DNA of 64,000 nucleotides from Selaginella moellendorffii. Lineage: Eukaryota; Plantae; Lycopodiophyta. Below the pieces are notes generated by a model. The model worked only from the letters and a program-made list of their open reading frames with translations, searched no databases and was not told the origin of the DNA. The position numbers and the translations under genes were made by a program. The stretch covers positions 2,363,046 through 2,427,045 of the forward strand of contig NW_003314262.1 of assembly GCF_000143415.4 (NCBI RefSeq). The letters are read 5' to 3'. Below, one piece after another: positions 33,869 through 47,324 of the stretch (positions are counted from its first letter, which is position 1; each line of letters opens with the position of its first letter).

Positions 33869-36800
33869 TCATAGGCCCGGACCGCCTTGGAGATGCTGCT
33901 TTGTATATTCCCAAACGGCAATAGCTCCACTTACATGTACGTTCAACGAGCGAATCATTCCTAGCTGCGGGATTTCGAGACAAGCATCTAGTGTTTGGAT
34001 TAAATTCACGGGAATCCCATCCTTTTCTCGCCCCAGAACTAGGACCTATAGCCACGTTCAGTATACAACAGCACCGACAGGAAAAATCACTTACGACTCT
34101 CGAAGGGAAGGAATAGTTGTTCACAGCAACACTATTAGCCGTTTGCTCCAGTCCCAGTACAGCGTAACCTTCATCTTTCATTCTTTCTAAATATCGTATT
34201 AGAGCCCCTTCCTTTACTTCTAGGATTGGAACCCACTGTTCGGCCGTTACACTGACAAGTTTCAAGAATACAGGTGCTTAAAAAGAAAATATTCACGACC
34301 GAGACATACCTGATCAACTTAAACTGTCTGTCTTCGAGTATTTTCTTGTCAGCTACGGTAAGTGCAGAGGCTTTAAACACCTGTGGAACAGCTAAGCAGC
34401 AAGACTACAAGGTACAGTTTTACACTTACCTCACAGGTTCGAGCTAAGCCTGCCAAGTTGGGAATTCGTTCGACTAAAGACGCTACAACTATCAGATCTT
34501 GACGCCCTTCATAAGCTTTTGCAAGTTCCCTGCCCTTCTTGTCAATCAGAGAGAAGAGCAAACTGTCTTCATACTCCACATCTAAAGATACATGCTTAGT
34601 TAATTGAAACTCAGAGGAAAAGTACCTGTCAAACGAGCTTCTGCATCCTCTGTCTTATCCTTGTAAGGAATGACTTTCTTTTGGTAATCTCCGCGATTAG
34701 TTTCAATCTTGTCGTCAATTTTCTCATCTCCAAAGTTCAGATAAACTGCATTAGCGGCCATAGACCCTCGTAACTCCTCCCTTGTCTCCTGTAAAGACAA
34801 CGTCAAAACGATGTTCAAACAAACTACTAATACCTACTTTGAGGAGCTCCGCAACCTTATCTAGCACGGCTACGGGGACGCATTCAAAAGGTCGGTCTTC
34901 CAATATCTGCAACAATAATTAGACACTTGAATAAATAAATAAAACAGGATTCGTACTTTCGTGCCGTCATCTGCCGTGTTACAGAAAAGGCCCCTGGGTT
35001 TGGAAGCTGCAGAAGGCTCAAGCTTAAAAAGAAATTGGTCCACAGACTCCCGCAGCCTGAAAATTGTACCATTAGCAGTCATATATGCTTTAAGGACTAG
35101 GAAAACAAGCCTTGTGCAGTCCGTATTCATCTCCAAATAGGAAGAGATTTTAGTCAAACACGACAATCCCAAATTTTCGCTCAACACTGGATTGTTCCGA
35201 TAAATAGAGAAAACATGGAAAAAGAGAACCTGAAAGCACACAGAAAACATTTTGAAGGCTGTACAACGTGTGCATACCTGTGTGAAAGTACGCAGGTTAT
35301 GATGATGGCTTGTCATGTGAGGTAGAACAACGGGTAGCAAATGCTGCAAAACGGCCTCCTTGTGCTCTGGAGATATGAACCTTAAAACATTCGCTGCTAT
35401 GTACACATATGAAGATAGTGCCTACAGAACAAATGCCGTGTTTTAGAGTCCACAATGATAGACCCAAATACCTGGGTTTTCATGTTCACATCAGAAAGAC
35501 GACGAGCTAAATGCTCCTTCACCTTCAACAACAGTAAACAGAAATTTAGCAACTAAAGTGAAGTTATGCGTCGCTTACAAGTGCCGGAAAACGCAGATAA
35601 AGTTGAACAGCAAATATTTCTATGTACTGCCGCACCGAGGGCATATTATTCCTCTGGGAAGAGAAAAGGACGAAATGTCACTAAAGCTCTACTCACAACC
35701 ACATTACTTACATACACGCATTGTTCCAGACGTAAAATCACGTCCTCCAGCATGGATTCATCGACAAAGCGTGTTAATATGCACAGCATCTGCCACAGCC
35801 TCACTTTTCGCCTGTGGAGCTAAAAAGAAACACGAAATTATAGTTTGCCAGATTGACATCAAATAGCTTACTGCACTGTTTTTTTTGTAGAGCTCCTTTG
35901 CCAAGTCCAAATCATGTACCTAAAAGAAAGTGTTATGCCCATCCAGACAGCGAAATAAATGGCATACAGCAGCATTTAAAAGTTGAAACAACAAGCTTCG
36001 GCCACAATTTAGTACTGCTGGAATGGAGATCCTAAGTTCATAACTATGTGTTGCTCCCTTCTCAACCAGCTGCGCAAACTTATCCATCATTATAGCTATA
36101 GCAACTCGGACAAACATTTCAGAGTTCGAAAAGGCCTACAAAACATAGCGAATATTTCAAAAACCATCATAAAGATAGTGGTTGTCACCTCTTGTAATTC
36201 CGGATCGGAGCTTTTTATCAACGCAGAAAATTCTCGCGATGACGGCTCTTTGTCGAAAATTTCACCATCGAACTCTTCATCTATGGCTTCTGAATTCCCA
36301 AATGGACTGTAATGCAGGCATGCCAACACGTAAAATGACTCTTACCTCCACCGTACAAACACATGAATTGTATCTCTTTCATGTAGAAGGTTGTAGTTTC
36401 TGGAAATTTCAACCAAAGCCCACTCACATGTAAGGCAGTAAGACGCATCGTGCGAGGACTACGAGATCCGAGTTCGATCAGCCTCCCTAGAAGCTACAGA
36501 AATCGTCAATCAGCATCTGAAGGAGATATATTGTTACCCATTTTAGAGGTCCCTCTTCATTGTCATTTGTGTTGTGCATATCAGCAATTGGGAAAAGCCT
36601 TGGATGGAAGAAAGATGACAAAAATGCTGCAAAAAGAGCTACTTTCCGCTTATTACAATCTGCAATACAGGTCCACCCAGAGCGAACAAGCTCCCACACC
36701 ACCTGAATATAGAGAGAATTTTGTAAGTGCAAATAGTCGAAGGATCAATGTACCTGGTGCGGATCTTCTTGCAGATCCAGTAAACCCCAGTGAAAGAGCC

Positions 36801-39800
36801 ATCGGACACACCTAAAGATTGGTATCACGTAGTCTTCACCAGCGCTTGCAATGCTAAAAGATAACTAGAACACTTACAATACCAAGATGAAACCAGAACA
36901 ATTACCTTTCCAGAGCATCCTGCATTATCCTAAGAAGCGTAAGTTCAGAAATAGCACTCATGATTTTGATGTCGTCTCCTAAGTTCTTAAGAGAAAGAAA
37001 TCCATCTAGGCAAGACCACTGCAGAAAAAACGGGACGCTAAATTAGATAGTATGAATTAGCCAGTTACCTTGTGGCGGCTTAAAACAGCGCATCGACTTC
37101 TGGTCAGCCTCACTTTTGTATCTTCGAAGGCTTTAAGCAGCTTTGCCACTAGATTGTCCACAAACAGTGCAGGATCCGAACAACTTTCTGCAAGGCCTTC
37201 TTCAGTCGCATTATGAATCATTCTCTTGTTGTTTGCAACAGGCAAGGCTTTACAAAGAGATGCTACAGCCTCCAGCCCGGCTAGCTGAAATTCTCCTCGC
37301 AACTGCCAATATCAACCAGTAGAGTCAGTTCCTTAAGCATTAGCGAAACAGGAAACATACGTCCTCCTGCACGTTGTAAGCTTCTAAGAGTTTCCACGAA
37401 ATTTTCCACAAAAACTTTCCAGTGGAGTCCTGGAGGCCCCTGGGATCGTTCACAGAAATCCAAACCGAGCATTCAGCAAGCGTCTCCACAGCCAACACCT
37501 GCTTGTGAAATGTTACCAATGAAACACGAGGACGAACCACAGCGCGGACTTACCGCTTTAACCACAACCAAAGCAGCCCGAGGTGGCAACCGTCGCAGAC
37601 TTGGACCGCCTAATCTTCCACTAGCTGCTGCTAATTGTATTGAACTGTCCAATTCAAACTCCCACAATGCGACTGCGGACTTCTCTGCGTAGGGTACCAA
37701 TTCATCCTGCAAGCATTATGTTAATCATTGTTATAGAGAAAACATGTTACCATTATGTTCCGAAAAAGGTTCGTCAGGCGAGCTTGTAAGAATGAACCAG
37801 TAGCAGAAATTGCCCATTCTCTGATAAGGCTTTGAAGAACTAGGAGAACCTTTTCTGGTACTGTTACAGGCATGTACACCCGACCATAGATATCCGCGGC
37901 ATACTGTTCCAGTAGCTGTCATGCAAACAAAATTTAAAAGAGAAAGAAAATTAGCGAAGGTATGGAGTAAAATGTGACAAACCAGCAGCAGTTCAGCTTG
38001 ATGTTGCTCAGTATGAACTCCAATAAACAGAACTCTGGCCCATCTGTCAGCAATCTCCCGCCAAGAGTCGATATCACCTTCGGTGATAGTATATGACTGC
38101 TCTTTACTATCAGGACATTTTAGAAATGCCACGAGTTGAGATTGGAGCCCATTAAATATATGCTCTGGTCCCTTCTCTCCGGAGTGCTTTAGCCAGTGAT
38201 CAAAACTGGAACGAAGTGGTCCTATAGAATTATGAATATTTAATTATGATGAGCTATAAAGAATCAAAATTGGTATACCACCTGCCGAGGCGAGAAATTC
38301 ACGAGGGAATGACCCCAGAAAAATTGATAGCAAGCCAAAATCCAGCTCCGTAATGGAGAATAGACTGCTTAGCGCTTTGAGAGCATAACTACATACTGCA
38401 CCAACGTAAGTCCAACACAAACTATAAACACAAAGTGTACCTTGGCAACGGTATCGTGGATTGAAATGATGCTTGGAGCTTTCGACTATGAATCTTAAAG
38501 AATCCAGCAACCGTGTACTCTCGCAGGAGTCATGTAGCAAAGCATTGTCAAAACCCGTGGCAGCCACAACTTCTACACATGAAGTGAGGGTCATTAATCC
38601 GGCTCGACACAAAGGCTCCTTAATCATTGTGTCACAAAAATTGATAACAAAGTTGACTCGAGTGCTGAAAAGAAAATTAGAATTGTAAAATTCATCTAGT
38701 TGTAAGAAAATGACATACTTAAAATTCATCGAAGAGGTAAAGAATCTAAAAAATTGGTTCGCTAGCTTTCCAGTGTTTGATATATAAATACCATTTACAC
38801 CTGCAATATATAATAGTAAAATCAAGAAAAAATTTAAAGAATTATGTTTACCAAAATCTTTGTGGTGCACCGGATCGTTTAGTGCACACAGTAAAGGCCC
38901 AAGAACAAACTCACGAGAAATGCTGATTTTCGTGCCCCATTCTATTTTGAAAAAGGATTGAAAAACATGCCGTCTCACTACAAAAGCCAAAAGATTATCC
39001 CCAAGAAACATGTATGTAAGATTTCACCTTGCGGGTTTCCATGCTTAAATCCACGCTCGAAAAGCAGTAAAATCCATGGTGAATCCAAACGTTTAACAAG
39101 AGTTTTCTCCTCGATAGAAACACTTTGTACGAGCGCAATTATCTAGAACACTCAAAATTACCACAGAGAACTGGATCAAAGCATGATAAAATTACCTGCT
39201 TTTCCCATGCAGCCTCGACAAGATGAATACCATACTCTTCAAGTGTGTCATACAGGAGAAGGAAGGATGTCCATTGTTGACATTCACTCATGAGCAACAC
39301 TTCTGAGCTCCAGGACTCCACTCCTAAAGATTTCGCTTCTTCATTGGCCCATTGTTCACGTTTTGAGCCATTTTTTCGGGATGCTTCCACAGACTCTGCA
39401 GTGCTATTGTTGCCCATCAGAACCTCAACGGACTTCAAGAAATGCTTCAGCACGTGTAGTGCTCTTTTCCTTGTCAGAGAATCGCCATCTACCTGAAGAA
39501 TGCCAAAGGGTTGAATCATAATACGAAAGCTCGTTATTACGTACAAGTCCAGCGCGAAGTTCGTCCCAAATTTGTGGTTCCCTTATTCCCAAGTCTCCGA
39601 AGTCATCAATCATGCTAAGAATTCTGTATGCGTCCCGGCGCTGGGACTTGTTCGAAGAGAGCAAAACCTGACAGCATTGCCAAACATTGTCCAGGCCACT
39701 GCAGAAGAATAACCTTGTAAGTGATGAAGGAGAAAACAAAACAGATACCTTTTCAGCTGACAGAGTTTGCAGGCTCTCAAAAGAGAAGGCAGTAATGTTT

Positions 39801-40551
39801 GCAAGACCAAGCTTCGGAGTGAGTCGTCCATAGACTCCGACAATAACCGGAGACATGGAGACCAAAACTGATCCATCATGCTCGCACAAAAATCGTTGAC
39901 CATCACGTCGCTCGCAACGAGGAGCAGCTGACTCACGACCTGGCAAGTGGCTGGCAAAGATAGAACAACCTGGGCACCATTCACCACGGCTTCTTTTCCA
40001 TCTAGAGCAGCGGACATAGCTCGTGAGCAACTTGGAACCAATGTAGCTAAGGCATAGTCCCAGTTACACTTTATAGCAATCGCTTCAGCGAAAAGTCGAG
40101 ATCCCTGAAGAAAAAAAAAACGAGGGAGTGAACAACCAGTGAAAACACTAAACAATGAGAACCTTTGTAGAATCTGTGGAAAGCAATGGAAGACACACGG
40201 CACGAACCAATTCATCGAGAACGTCTGAAGCATCTTCTGGATAGTAAGAAACACATGAACAAAGAAATATTTCCAGAATACGATCAATCGTACCTGACAA
40301 CAACAAGAGATGTAGCGCCGCTGCCTTGAAAGCTTCGAAGAGCTCTATAATTTCCTGCCCAAGAAACAAAGAGATTTAGCCCAAAAATCAACCTGAATTA
40401 CCTGGAGCTCGAGAATCCTCAGGAGATCGCGAAACACCACCGATGACGACGCTCCAGTCACCAGCAGCAAGGCATCGATCACTCCAGGCATCGCAGGCGC
40501 TGGCATTGTCCTCATGGCGCTCGCGAGCGCCACTGGGACGCTCGTCGACAT
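33869..40551 (-). CDS. TARBP1/Trm3-like tRNA (Gm18) 2'-O-methyltransferase, long N-terminus plus C-terminal SpoU domain, many short introns
   Basis: C-terminal [36 protein letters not shown] and [19 protein letters not shown] (SPOUT motifs). Confidence 0.9.
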
Positions 40552-40605
40552 AGCTCCGAGCTCCAAAACCCTTATTTTCTTTATTTTAGGGTTCTTAAGA
40601 GAGCC

Positions 40606-43107
40606 ATGCAAGCTTTGCCGCTGGGCGGCAATTCCTGGAGCTTCTACGCGCAGCTAATCAAGCGCTGCGGAGCATCGGAAGATTGCGCCGCTGGAAGAGC
40701 GGCTCACAGAGAGCTCCAGCGCCTCGGCATCGATCAAGACACATATCTAGGTAATCTCCTCGTCCAGATGTATGGAAAATGCGGGTATGTGGAAGAGGCC
40801 ATGGCGGTGTTCCAGAGAATAAAGGACAGGAACGTCTTCTCGTGGACGATCCTCATGGACGCGTGCACAGAGAATGGATTGAGCGAGCTCACGCTGGAGC
40901 TGTTTAGAAGAATGCTGCTAGAAGGCATCCGTCCGGATAGAGTGGCGTATCTGGGCGTTCTGAAGGCTTGTTCCGAGCTGAGATATCTGGAAGAAGGCCG
41001 AGAAGTGGAGAACCTTTTGGTAAGCGGTTCTTGTTTTCCTTCTTCTCTCGATCCAGCCGTGCTCACTTCTTTGCTCAATCTGTATGCCAGCTGTGGCAGC
41101 TTGGAAAATGCGAGAAGGGTGTTCGAGAGTTTCCATGAGAAAGATTTGGTTTGCTGGAACTCGATGCTAGCAGCTTACGCTAAACACGAGAAAACTGGCC
41201 GGCAAACTCTGGAGTTCTTTCAAAAGATGCTACTGGAAGGTGTGGCAGCCAATGTAGTGAGCTTTACCTGCGTAGTGGGAGCTTGCTCGAGGCCAGAGCT
41301 TTCAGAACAGGGCACTGTGGTCCACGAACAGATAACTTGCAGTGGATTGGTTGCGGATAGCTTCTTGGCTGCTGCACTCGTCAACATGTACAGCAAATGT
41401 GGACGTCTTGGCTCTGCCTGGGAACTTTTCCAAAGAGTTGATGTGAAGATGAGTTTGGTTTCGTGGAACTCCATTCTAGCAGCGCATGCTCAACGAGCTG
41501 ATCTCACGAAAGTTCTGGAGATTTTTGGGATGCTTCAACTTGAAGGCTTGAAACCGTCTGGAGTAACTCTGATCAGTGTCCTTGGAGCTTGCTGTTCTAC
41601 GCAAGCGCTTCGAATCGTGGAGCATATTTACGAGCGGGTAGCACAAGTGGGTGAGCTTTCTCATGATTTATTCCTAGGTACTGCTTTGATGACCTCCTTT
41701 TGTGATTGTGGAAAGCTGGCTGATGCTGAGTCTCTTTTTTACAGGTTAAACCGTTGGAACGCTGCGTCCTGGAACACGATGATAGCAGGCTACGTTCAAC
41801 ATGGTTTTGACCTTCAGGCCCTTCACTTGCTTTATGAAATGGACTTGGAAGGCATCAAGCCCAACGTCGTAACTTTCCTGGGTATTGTTGATGCGTGCTC
41901 TTCTTTGGCTGTTCTTGGGAATGCTAAAGCTGTGCACGAACGTATTTCAGCTTCCAAGGTCGGCCTAGACACCGTTTTAGGAACCGCCATCGTGAGTATG
42001 TACGCAAATTGTGATAGCTTGGAGGACTCAAGGCGAGTATTTGAATCATTGGATTTAAGAGACACCGTTTCATGGAATGCTGTGATTGCGTGCCACAGTG
42101 ATTTGGAGGCAGCTTCCTGGTTCGTCAAAATGGATCTTGAAGGTGTCAAACCAGACAAGAACACATTCACTGCCATGTTTGCTGCATCCACAACTCTGCA
42201 ACAAGGTGAGATGTTCTTACAGCGATTTATGAACGTTGGTTATGAGCTCGATGATGTTGCAGTGTTGTCTCTGATCGAACTCTATGGCAGATTTGGAAAT
42301 GTAACTGCTGCTACAGACGTATTCAACGCCCTGAAGAATAAGAATGTGGTGTCCTGGACTGCAATGGTAACGGCGTGCATGAACAACGAGACTGGAGTTG
42401 AAGAGGCCTGGCTTCTCTTTCAAAGGATGCAGTTGGAAGGCATCAAGCCCAACAGTGTAACTTTCATCAGCTTGCTTGGATGCAATTGTAGCTTCATACA
42501 AGGCAAGAGGCTTCACGAGCTTATTTCAACCTCAGCTGAACTGACGTTAGATCCTCTCATTGCGGCAGCGCTGATGAACACGTATGCAAGGACTGGCAAC
42601 CTGCATCGCACAAGAGATGTGTTCGAAGAACTTCAATGGAGCGAACTTTGCTGGAACTCCCTGCTCAGGGCTTACGCAGAACAAGGACACGCCTATCAGG
42701 TACTGGAGTCTTTTCGGTGCATGATTCACCAAGGCCTCAAGCCAGACAACGACACATTTATCTTTGTTCTTCATGCCTGCAGCCATGCCGGGAGCGTCGA
42801 GCAAGCTTGCGACTTGTTCAACTCAATCACCAGAGATCACAACTTGCATCCCGCAATCCAGCACTACGTCTGCGTCATTGACCTTCTGGGCCGAGCGGGC
42901 TGGCTAGAAAATGCTCACGAGCTTATCAACAGGATGCCGTACCAGCCAAACTCTTTGGCATGGAGCACGCTGCTTGGTGCGTGTGGAATGTATGGGGATA
43001 CGGACAGAGGTACCCATGCCGCCGGACAAGTGACTACGATTGAGCAAGGTCAGCATGGAGCTTCTTACGTATTGCTTTCCAACATTCTCAGCGGTAGGCA
43101 AGTCTAG
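40606..43107 (+). CDS. PLS-class PPR protein with E domain, no DYW
   Basis: Intronless 833 aa with repeated LVQMYGKCG/VSWN motifs; ends HYVCVIDLLGRAG...WSTLLGAC...YVLLSNI. Confidence 0.95.
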   Translation: MQALPLGGNSWSFYAQLIKRCGASEDCAAGRAAHRELQRLGIDQDTYLGNLLVQMYGKCGYVEEAMAVFQRIKDRNVFSWTILMDACTENGLSELTLELFRRMLLEGIRPDRVAYLGVLKACSELRYLEEGREVENLLVSGSCFPSSLDPAVLTSLLNLYASCGSLENARRVFESFHEKDLVCWNSMLAAYAKHEKTGRQTLEFFQKMLLEGVAANVVSFTCVVGACSRPELSEQGTVVHEQITCSGLVADSFLAAALVNMYSKCGRLGSAWELFQRVDVKMSLVSWNSILAAHAQRADLTKVLEIFGMLQLEGLKPSGVTLISVLGACCSTQALRIVEHIYERVAQVGELSHDLFLGTALMTSFCDCGKLADAESLFYRLNRWNAASWNTMIAGYVQHGFDLQALHLLYEMDLEGIKPNVVTFLGIVDACSSLAVLGNAKAVHERISASKVGLDTVLGTAIVSMYANCDSLEDSRRVFESLDLRDTVSWNAVIACHSDLEAASWFVKMDLEGVKPDKNTFTAMFAASTTLQQGEMFLQRFMNVGYELDDVAVLSLIELYGRFGNVTAATDVFNALKNKNVVSWTAMVTACMNNETGVEEAWLLFQRMQLEGIKPNSVTFISLLGCNCSFIQGKRLHELISTSAELTLDPLIAAALMNTYARTGNLHRTRDVFEELQWSELCWNSLLRAYAEQGHAYQVLESFRCMIHQGLKPDNDTFIFVLHACSHAGSVEQACDLFNSITRDHNLHPAIQHYVCVIDLLGRAGWLENAHELINRMPYQPNSLAWSTLLGACGMYGDTDRGTHAAGQVTTIEQGQHGASYVLLSNILSGRQV

Positions 43108-43210
43108 AGGTCGAGCTTCTTGAATCAAGAAAGCACCGTGATCAGGTACTTGTTTACCTTTGTTATTCTAATAGTTATTCTAGAAAGCGGGGCGTTCCTC
43201 CGCGACAACT

Positions 43211-45116
43211 TTAGTAGAAGACGGTCCAGTTGGTGATGGTGAGGAAGAAGACGTCCTGGTCCAGAGGGAACGACTCGTTCGAATAGAGTGTAGTGGTGCG
43301 GGACATGAGCATCGGTCGCATCATCTCGTTGTCTTCGTGCTCCAGAAGGTGGCAGTGGTGAGTGTAGCCGGGATAAGCAGTGGGATCGATCCGGTACTGC
43401 GGCAAAAGGTTGGGAGCAAACTTGACAAAGATCCGGGTGACGTAAAACGGCAGCGACACGGTGGTGTCCTTGAATCCCACTTGGTCCGCGTCCGGCCCCG
43501 TTGGGTAGGCCGTGTAGCAGCTCTCCGGACGTCCGAACGGCGAGCCGAAGGTACAGGACCCGTTCGCCACACGGTCGGGATCAAACGGCTGCTGCTCCAG
43601 GACGAAGAAGTTGACGAGGTGGAGATGCATGAAGTGAGCCACCGGGACGAAGTTGATGAAGGACCAGACCTCGGTGGAGTAGAGCCGGATGATCTCGCGG
43701 ACCTGATCGTCGAAGAGGAGGTGGTCGTCCTGGGACAAGGCCAGATCGGTCATGCGCTGCTCCAGGCCCCGGCTGTAGATGGCGGCCCACGGCACGAAGG
43801 AGAGGTTGACGCCGGTGGTGGCTCCGATGAGATCCACCGGAGCCATGTAGCGGAAGCGCGATGGATCCAGCGGCGTTGGGATGAGATGAGAGCCGGAGGA
43901 CCCCCGGTCCGGGGCTCGTGAGACGACGCGGAAGAGCATGACGGACTGGTTGGCCGGGGGTCCGATTGGAAACGGTGCCTGACCGACGTTCCAGAGCTCG
44001 ATCTCGTCGCCCGGCTCGAAGCTGCTAAAGTCGAAGAGCCAGTCCACTCGCTCCGCGGGGCCGACTCGCATTTGCTGCTGCTGGACCGGCTGGTGCAGCA
44101 TTGCACCATCGGTTCCAATCTTGATGAAGCTCATGCGCTGGCCCCGTGTCTCCAAGACAAAGGTCCGCGCGTTCGCAGCGTTCACGAGCCGGAAGCGATA
44201 GATGGCTGGCTCAACCTCCATGAACGGCCAGACGACACCATTGACGAGGACAACGTCTCCGAGGTACTCGACGCACCACTGCGGATGGACGTCCGGGTCC
44301 AAGCCCACGGTGGGATACTTGATGGAGCCATCGTCGTAGAAGGCCTTGTCCTGGACGACTAGGACGCGGTAGTCTCTCGGCACCCACGACGGCTCCGCCA
44401 TCTCTGATGAAGGCTCGATCACGTAAGCTCCGGCCAGACCAGCGGCGACGTTGAGCCTGGTGATGCCCAAGGTGTGATCGTGGTACCACAGCATGGTTGG
44501 ACGCTGGTCGTTCGGGTAGACGTAGTCCTGCGTCACGTAGGTGTCACCGTGCTCGCCGGCGACGGTGAACCAGGCCTCGGGGTGACCGTCCGACCATCCT
44601 TCGGTCTCTTGGCCGTGGTTGTGGACGACGACCGGGACGAAGCCGTGGCGGGGATTGGCCCAGTGCAGCGTTCTGTCCACTGGAAGCATGTGTTCGTAGT
44701 CGCGGATGTGGTTCTCCCAGCGGACAGTCGCGGTGACGCCTTGGCGAGCTACGAGCGTTGGACCGGGATAGGATGCCGTGCTCTGGCTCGTTCCAAACGC
44801 GTACAAGGGAGTCGCAGGTAAGTCCCTGTGGAGTTTCTGGAAGAAAACTCATCACGGTTTGAAGAAGTTACAGGAAGACACAGACTACCTGGTAGATCTT
44901 GTAAGCTCCCATAGTGAGGCGGGGATACCGGACCAAGGATATGGTGGGCAGTCTCGGCAGGCGATCGACGAACTTTTCCAGAGTTGGAGATGGCGTTAAG
45001 TTGAGGCAGACTTCCGGAGGTCGTGAATTGGAGGAGAAGACATGCTGCTGCTGCTGCTGCGTTGCTTGCACAGCATGCGAGAGGAGCAGAACCAGCAGCT
45101 GGATTGCGAGGATCAT
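43211..45116 (-). CDS. LPR: Multicopper oxidase, LPR1/CotA/bilirubin-oxidase type; intron 44837-44888
   Basis: Signal peptide, LEKFVDRLP, and all four copper motifs: HNHG, WYHDH, HFMHLH, HCHLLEHEDNEMM. Confidence 0.93.
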
Positions 45117-45712
45117 GACGAGCAAAGAAGACGAGTTTGAGAGAGAAAACGCAGGAGATAGTCAGTTGGAGCGAAAGAACTTTAAAAGGAGTGAAAATTC
45201 TTACGTACACTTCGCTTGGAGCACAGCAAGAGTGTCCTGAAAAGCAGCCATATGTTGGAGTCGATTAGGTGCGGTGCTGATTATCGTAGTTTTTGCTTTG
45301 ACGAAGATCCTGTGATCCACGAAGACCCTCACTCTCAGTCATGGCCAGTTGCCTTCGAAAACAACACAAGGAACATGTTGACAAGCTCGTAGACCACAAG
45401 ATCAATGATGTTAGTGCTAGATTTTGGAAACTAAGTTGTGACTGATTATGGAAGCTTTCAAGATAAGAGAGTAAGGTACTTTCAGGAAAAATAAGTCTTT
45501 CTCTTCCCCATGGATGAAGGTTTGAACGTGTGAAAATACTATCTATGTGAAATTGGAGGACTCGTGAATTTTGTATGGTTACGTGGAGATGCCAGGAATG
45601 TCAGTGTTTGCTATAATGAGCCAATCGTGCAAGCAAACAGGCCTTCAATTCCTATCCCCGCTTGTTTGTATCTATAAAGCCTCCACACGGAATCATTGGA
45701 TGCGTCTAAGTG

Positions 45713-45994
45713 ATGAGCTTCACCAAATTTATTTTAATGGTTTGTTTTATGCCTTTCTATGTTACTAAAGCAGGAAAATGCGGGTATTTCTGCGATGCGT
45801 ATAACGATTGTAATGGTAAACTTGCATGTGTAGATCGTATATGCGATGACGATCCAGATCTAGGCACTCATTTTTGCACGGTTGGGAAGTGTAATGCTAA
45901 ATGTGTAACTGATATTGATGCTTTGGGAGATTTGGGATATATTCCACAATTTGGAACTTCTTATTGTCCTGGTAGTGGTAATCAAGGCCAATAA
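45713..45994 (+). CDS. Small secreted Cys-rich protein with one full and one degenerate kissper-like module
   Basis: Hydrophobic signal, then CGYFCDAYNDCNGKLACVDRICDDDPDLGTHFC. TATA box ctataaa about 40 nt upstream. Confidence 0.75.
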   Translation: MSFTKFILMVCFMPFYVTKAGKCGYFCDAYNDCNGKLACVDRICDDDPDLGTHFCTVGKCNAKCVTDIDALGDLGYIPQFGTSYCPGSGNQGQ

Positions 45995-46326
45995 GGATGC
46001 CAATGCTTTGGCTGCAAAGGAGAGCAGGCCATGGAACTAAACAAAAGGATCACTTGTTTACTAAATATGCCCATTAATAAATACATTTTTAGATTAACTT
46101 CACAAGTTACGGCCATGATGTGTGGATTGGGCTGGCTCTTGAAAGATCTTTTGTGACTCAAAGCCTTAACTCATGCTATCTTGGAATTTGATCTTGTGGA
46201 GCGCCTTCTTTTCTTGCTCTAAGCTTAGCTCAAACGAAGTTAAGCCCATTGAACTTCCGGAATAACGAAGAATCTGGAGAGGCATATTCACGCGGACACG
46301 TGGAGCCATGGGGGTTTCTTGTGGCC

Positions 46327-47110
46327 ATGGCAGCAACGGCAGCATTGGTGCCCTGTTTGGCGGCACTTCCACGTCTTGCATCGTCGCCCTCGTCTCCACT
46401 CCGGCACCGTGATCGAGCGGGCATCTTGGGGGATTCGGCTCGGGTTCTTCAGCCGCAGCTCATCATTTGGGGCCAGAGAGCTTCCCAAGGAATTGTGGAG
46501 AGCAGCGGCAGGTGTTTTTGCGGCACCAGAAGCCCCATTGATGAATCATTCACGAAACAGGGAAATGTTGTGCTCTTTGATGAACAAGGTGAGTTTTCTC
46601 TAGTTGATATTGTTTTTACCTTTGGTGATTGTAGCCTCCGAGCTCGAGGAGTTCATCAGGAATGTGCGAGATAAGCTTGTAAGTTCATGTTCTTACTCCT
46701 ACTACTACTCTCTCTCTCTCTCTCCCTCTCTCTCTCTTATTTATCACAAGCTTTCGATCATGATTGCTCCTAGGTTGTTCTTGATATCTCAACCAAGACT
46801 TGTGGACCTTGCAAGTTCATATTTCCCAAGCTTGTCAAGATGAGTGAGGATTATCCTGATGCTGTGTTCTTGAAGATAAATGGGGACTATGACAGTGAAA
46901 CACGAGTAAGACTTTCTACTTACGTTTTCTAATTGCTAGAACGATGCGTATACTAAACAGGCTTTGATGAGGAAATGGAAGATTCGTGCTGTGCCAACAT
47001 TTAGATTCTTTAAAAATGGTGAAATGGTTCACTCTCATTCTGGAGCCAAGGAAGATGACTTGAGAGGTCACTTTATAGCACACTACCATTCAGAAACGGT
47101 GTCTATTTAA
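46327..47110 (+). CDS. Plastid-targeted thioredoxin-like protein (TCGPC active site), 4 exons
   Basis: Ala/Ser/Arg-rich transit peptide. Spliced product VVLDISTKTCGPCKFIFPKL...FLKI...IRAVPTFRFFKNGE. Confidence 0.88.
46708..46737. repeat. (CT)n microsatellite in the thioredoxin intron
   Basis: ctctctctctctctccctctctctctct. Confidence 0.9.
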
Positions 47111-47324
47111 CTATGTACATTGCTTTATTAAAAATTAATTAATCATAGGACGTATCTAAAGCTAGTTCACAGCCAGCTAGAATTTAGTTTTGGATACTGC
47201 CAAACTTTACAGCTGGGATTGTTGTCGAATTTGTAAAAAACAGAATAAAATGTTATATATAAGGCTGATTTTAGAAGTGTTTGCTCATCCCCTCTTTCTT
47301 TCAATAGTTTCTAATAGTAAAATT

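Noticed and set aside
43211-45116. Recent bacterial transfer of a CotA-like oxidase
   Set aside because: LPR-type oxidases are standard in land plants, and the gene has a signal peptide and a normal intron.
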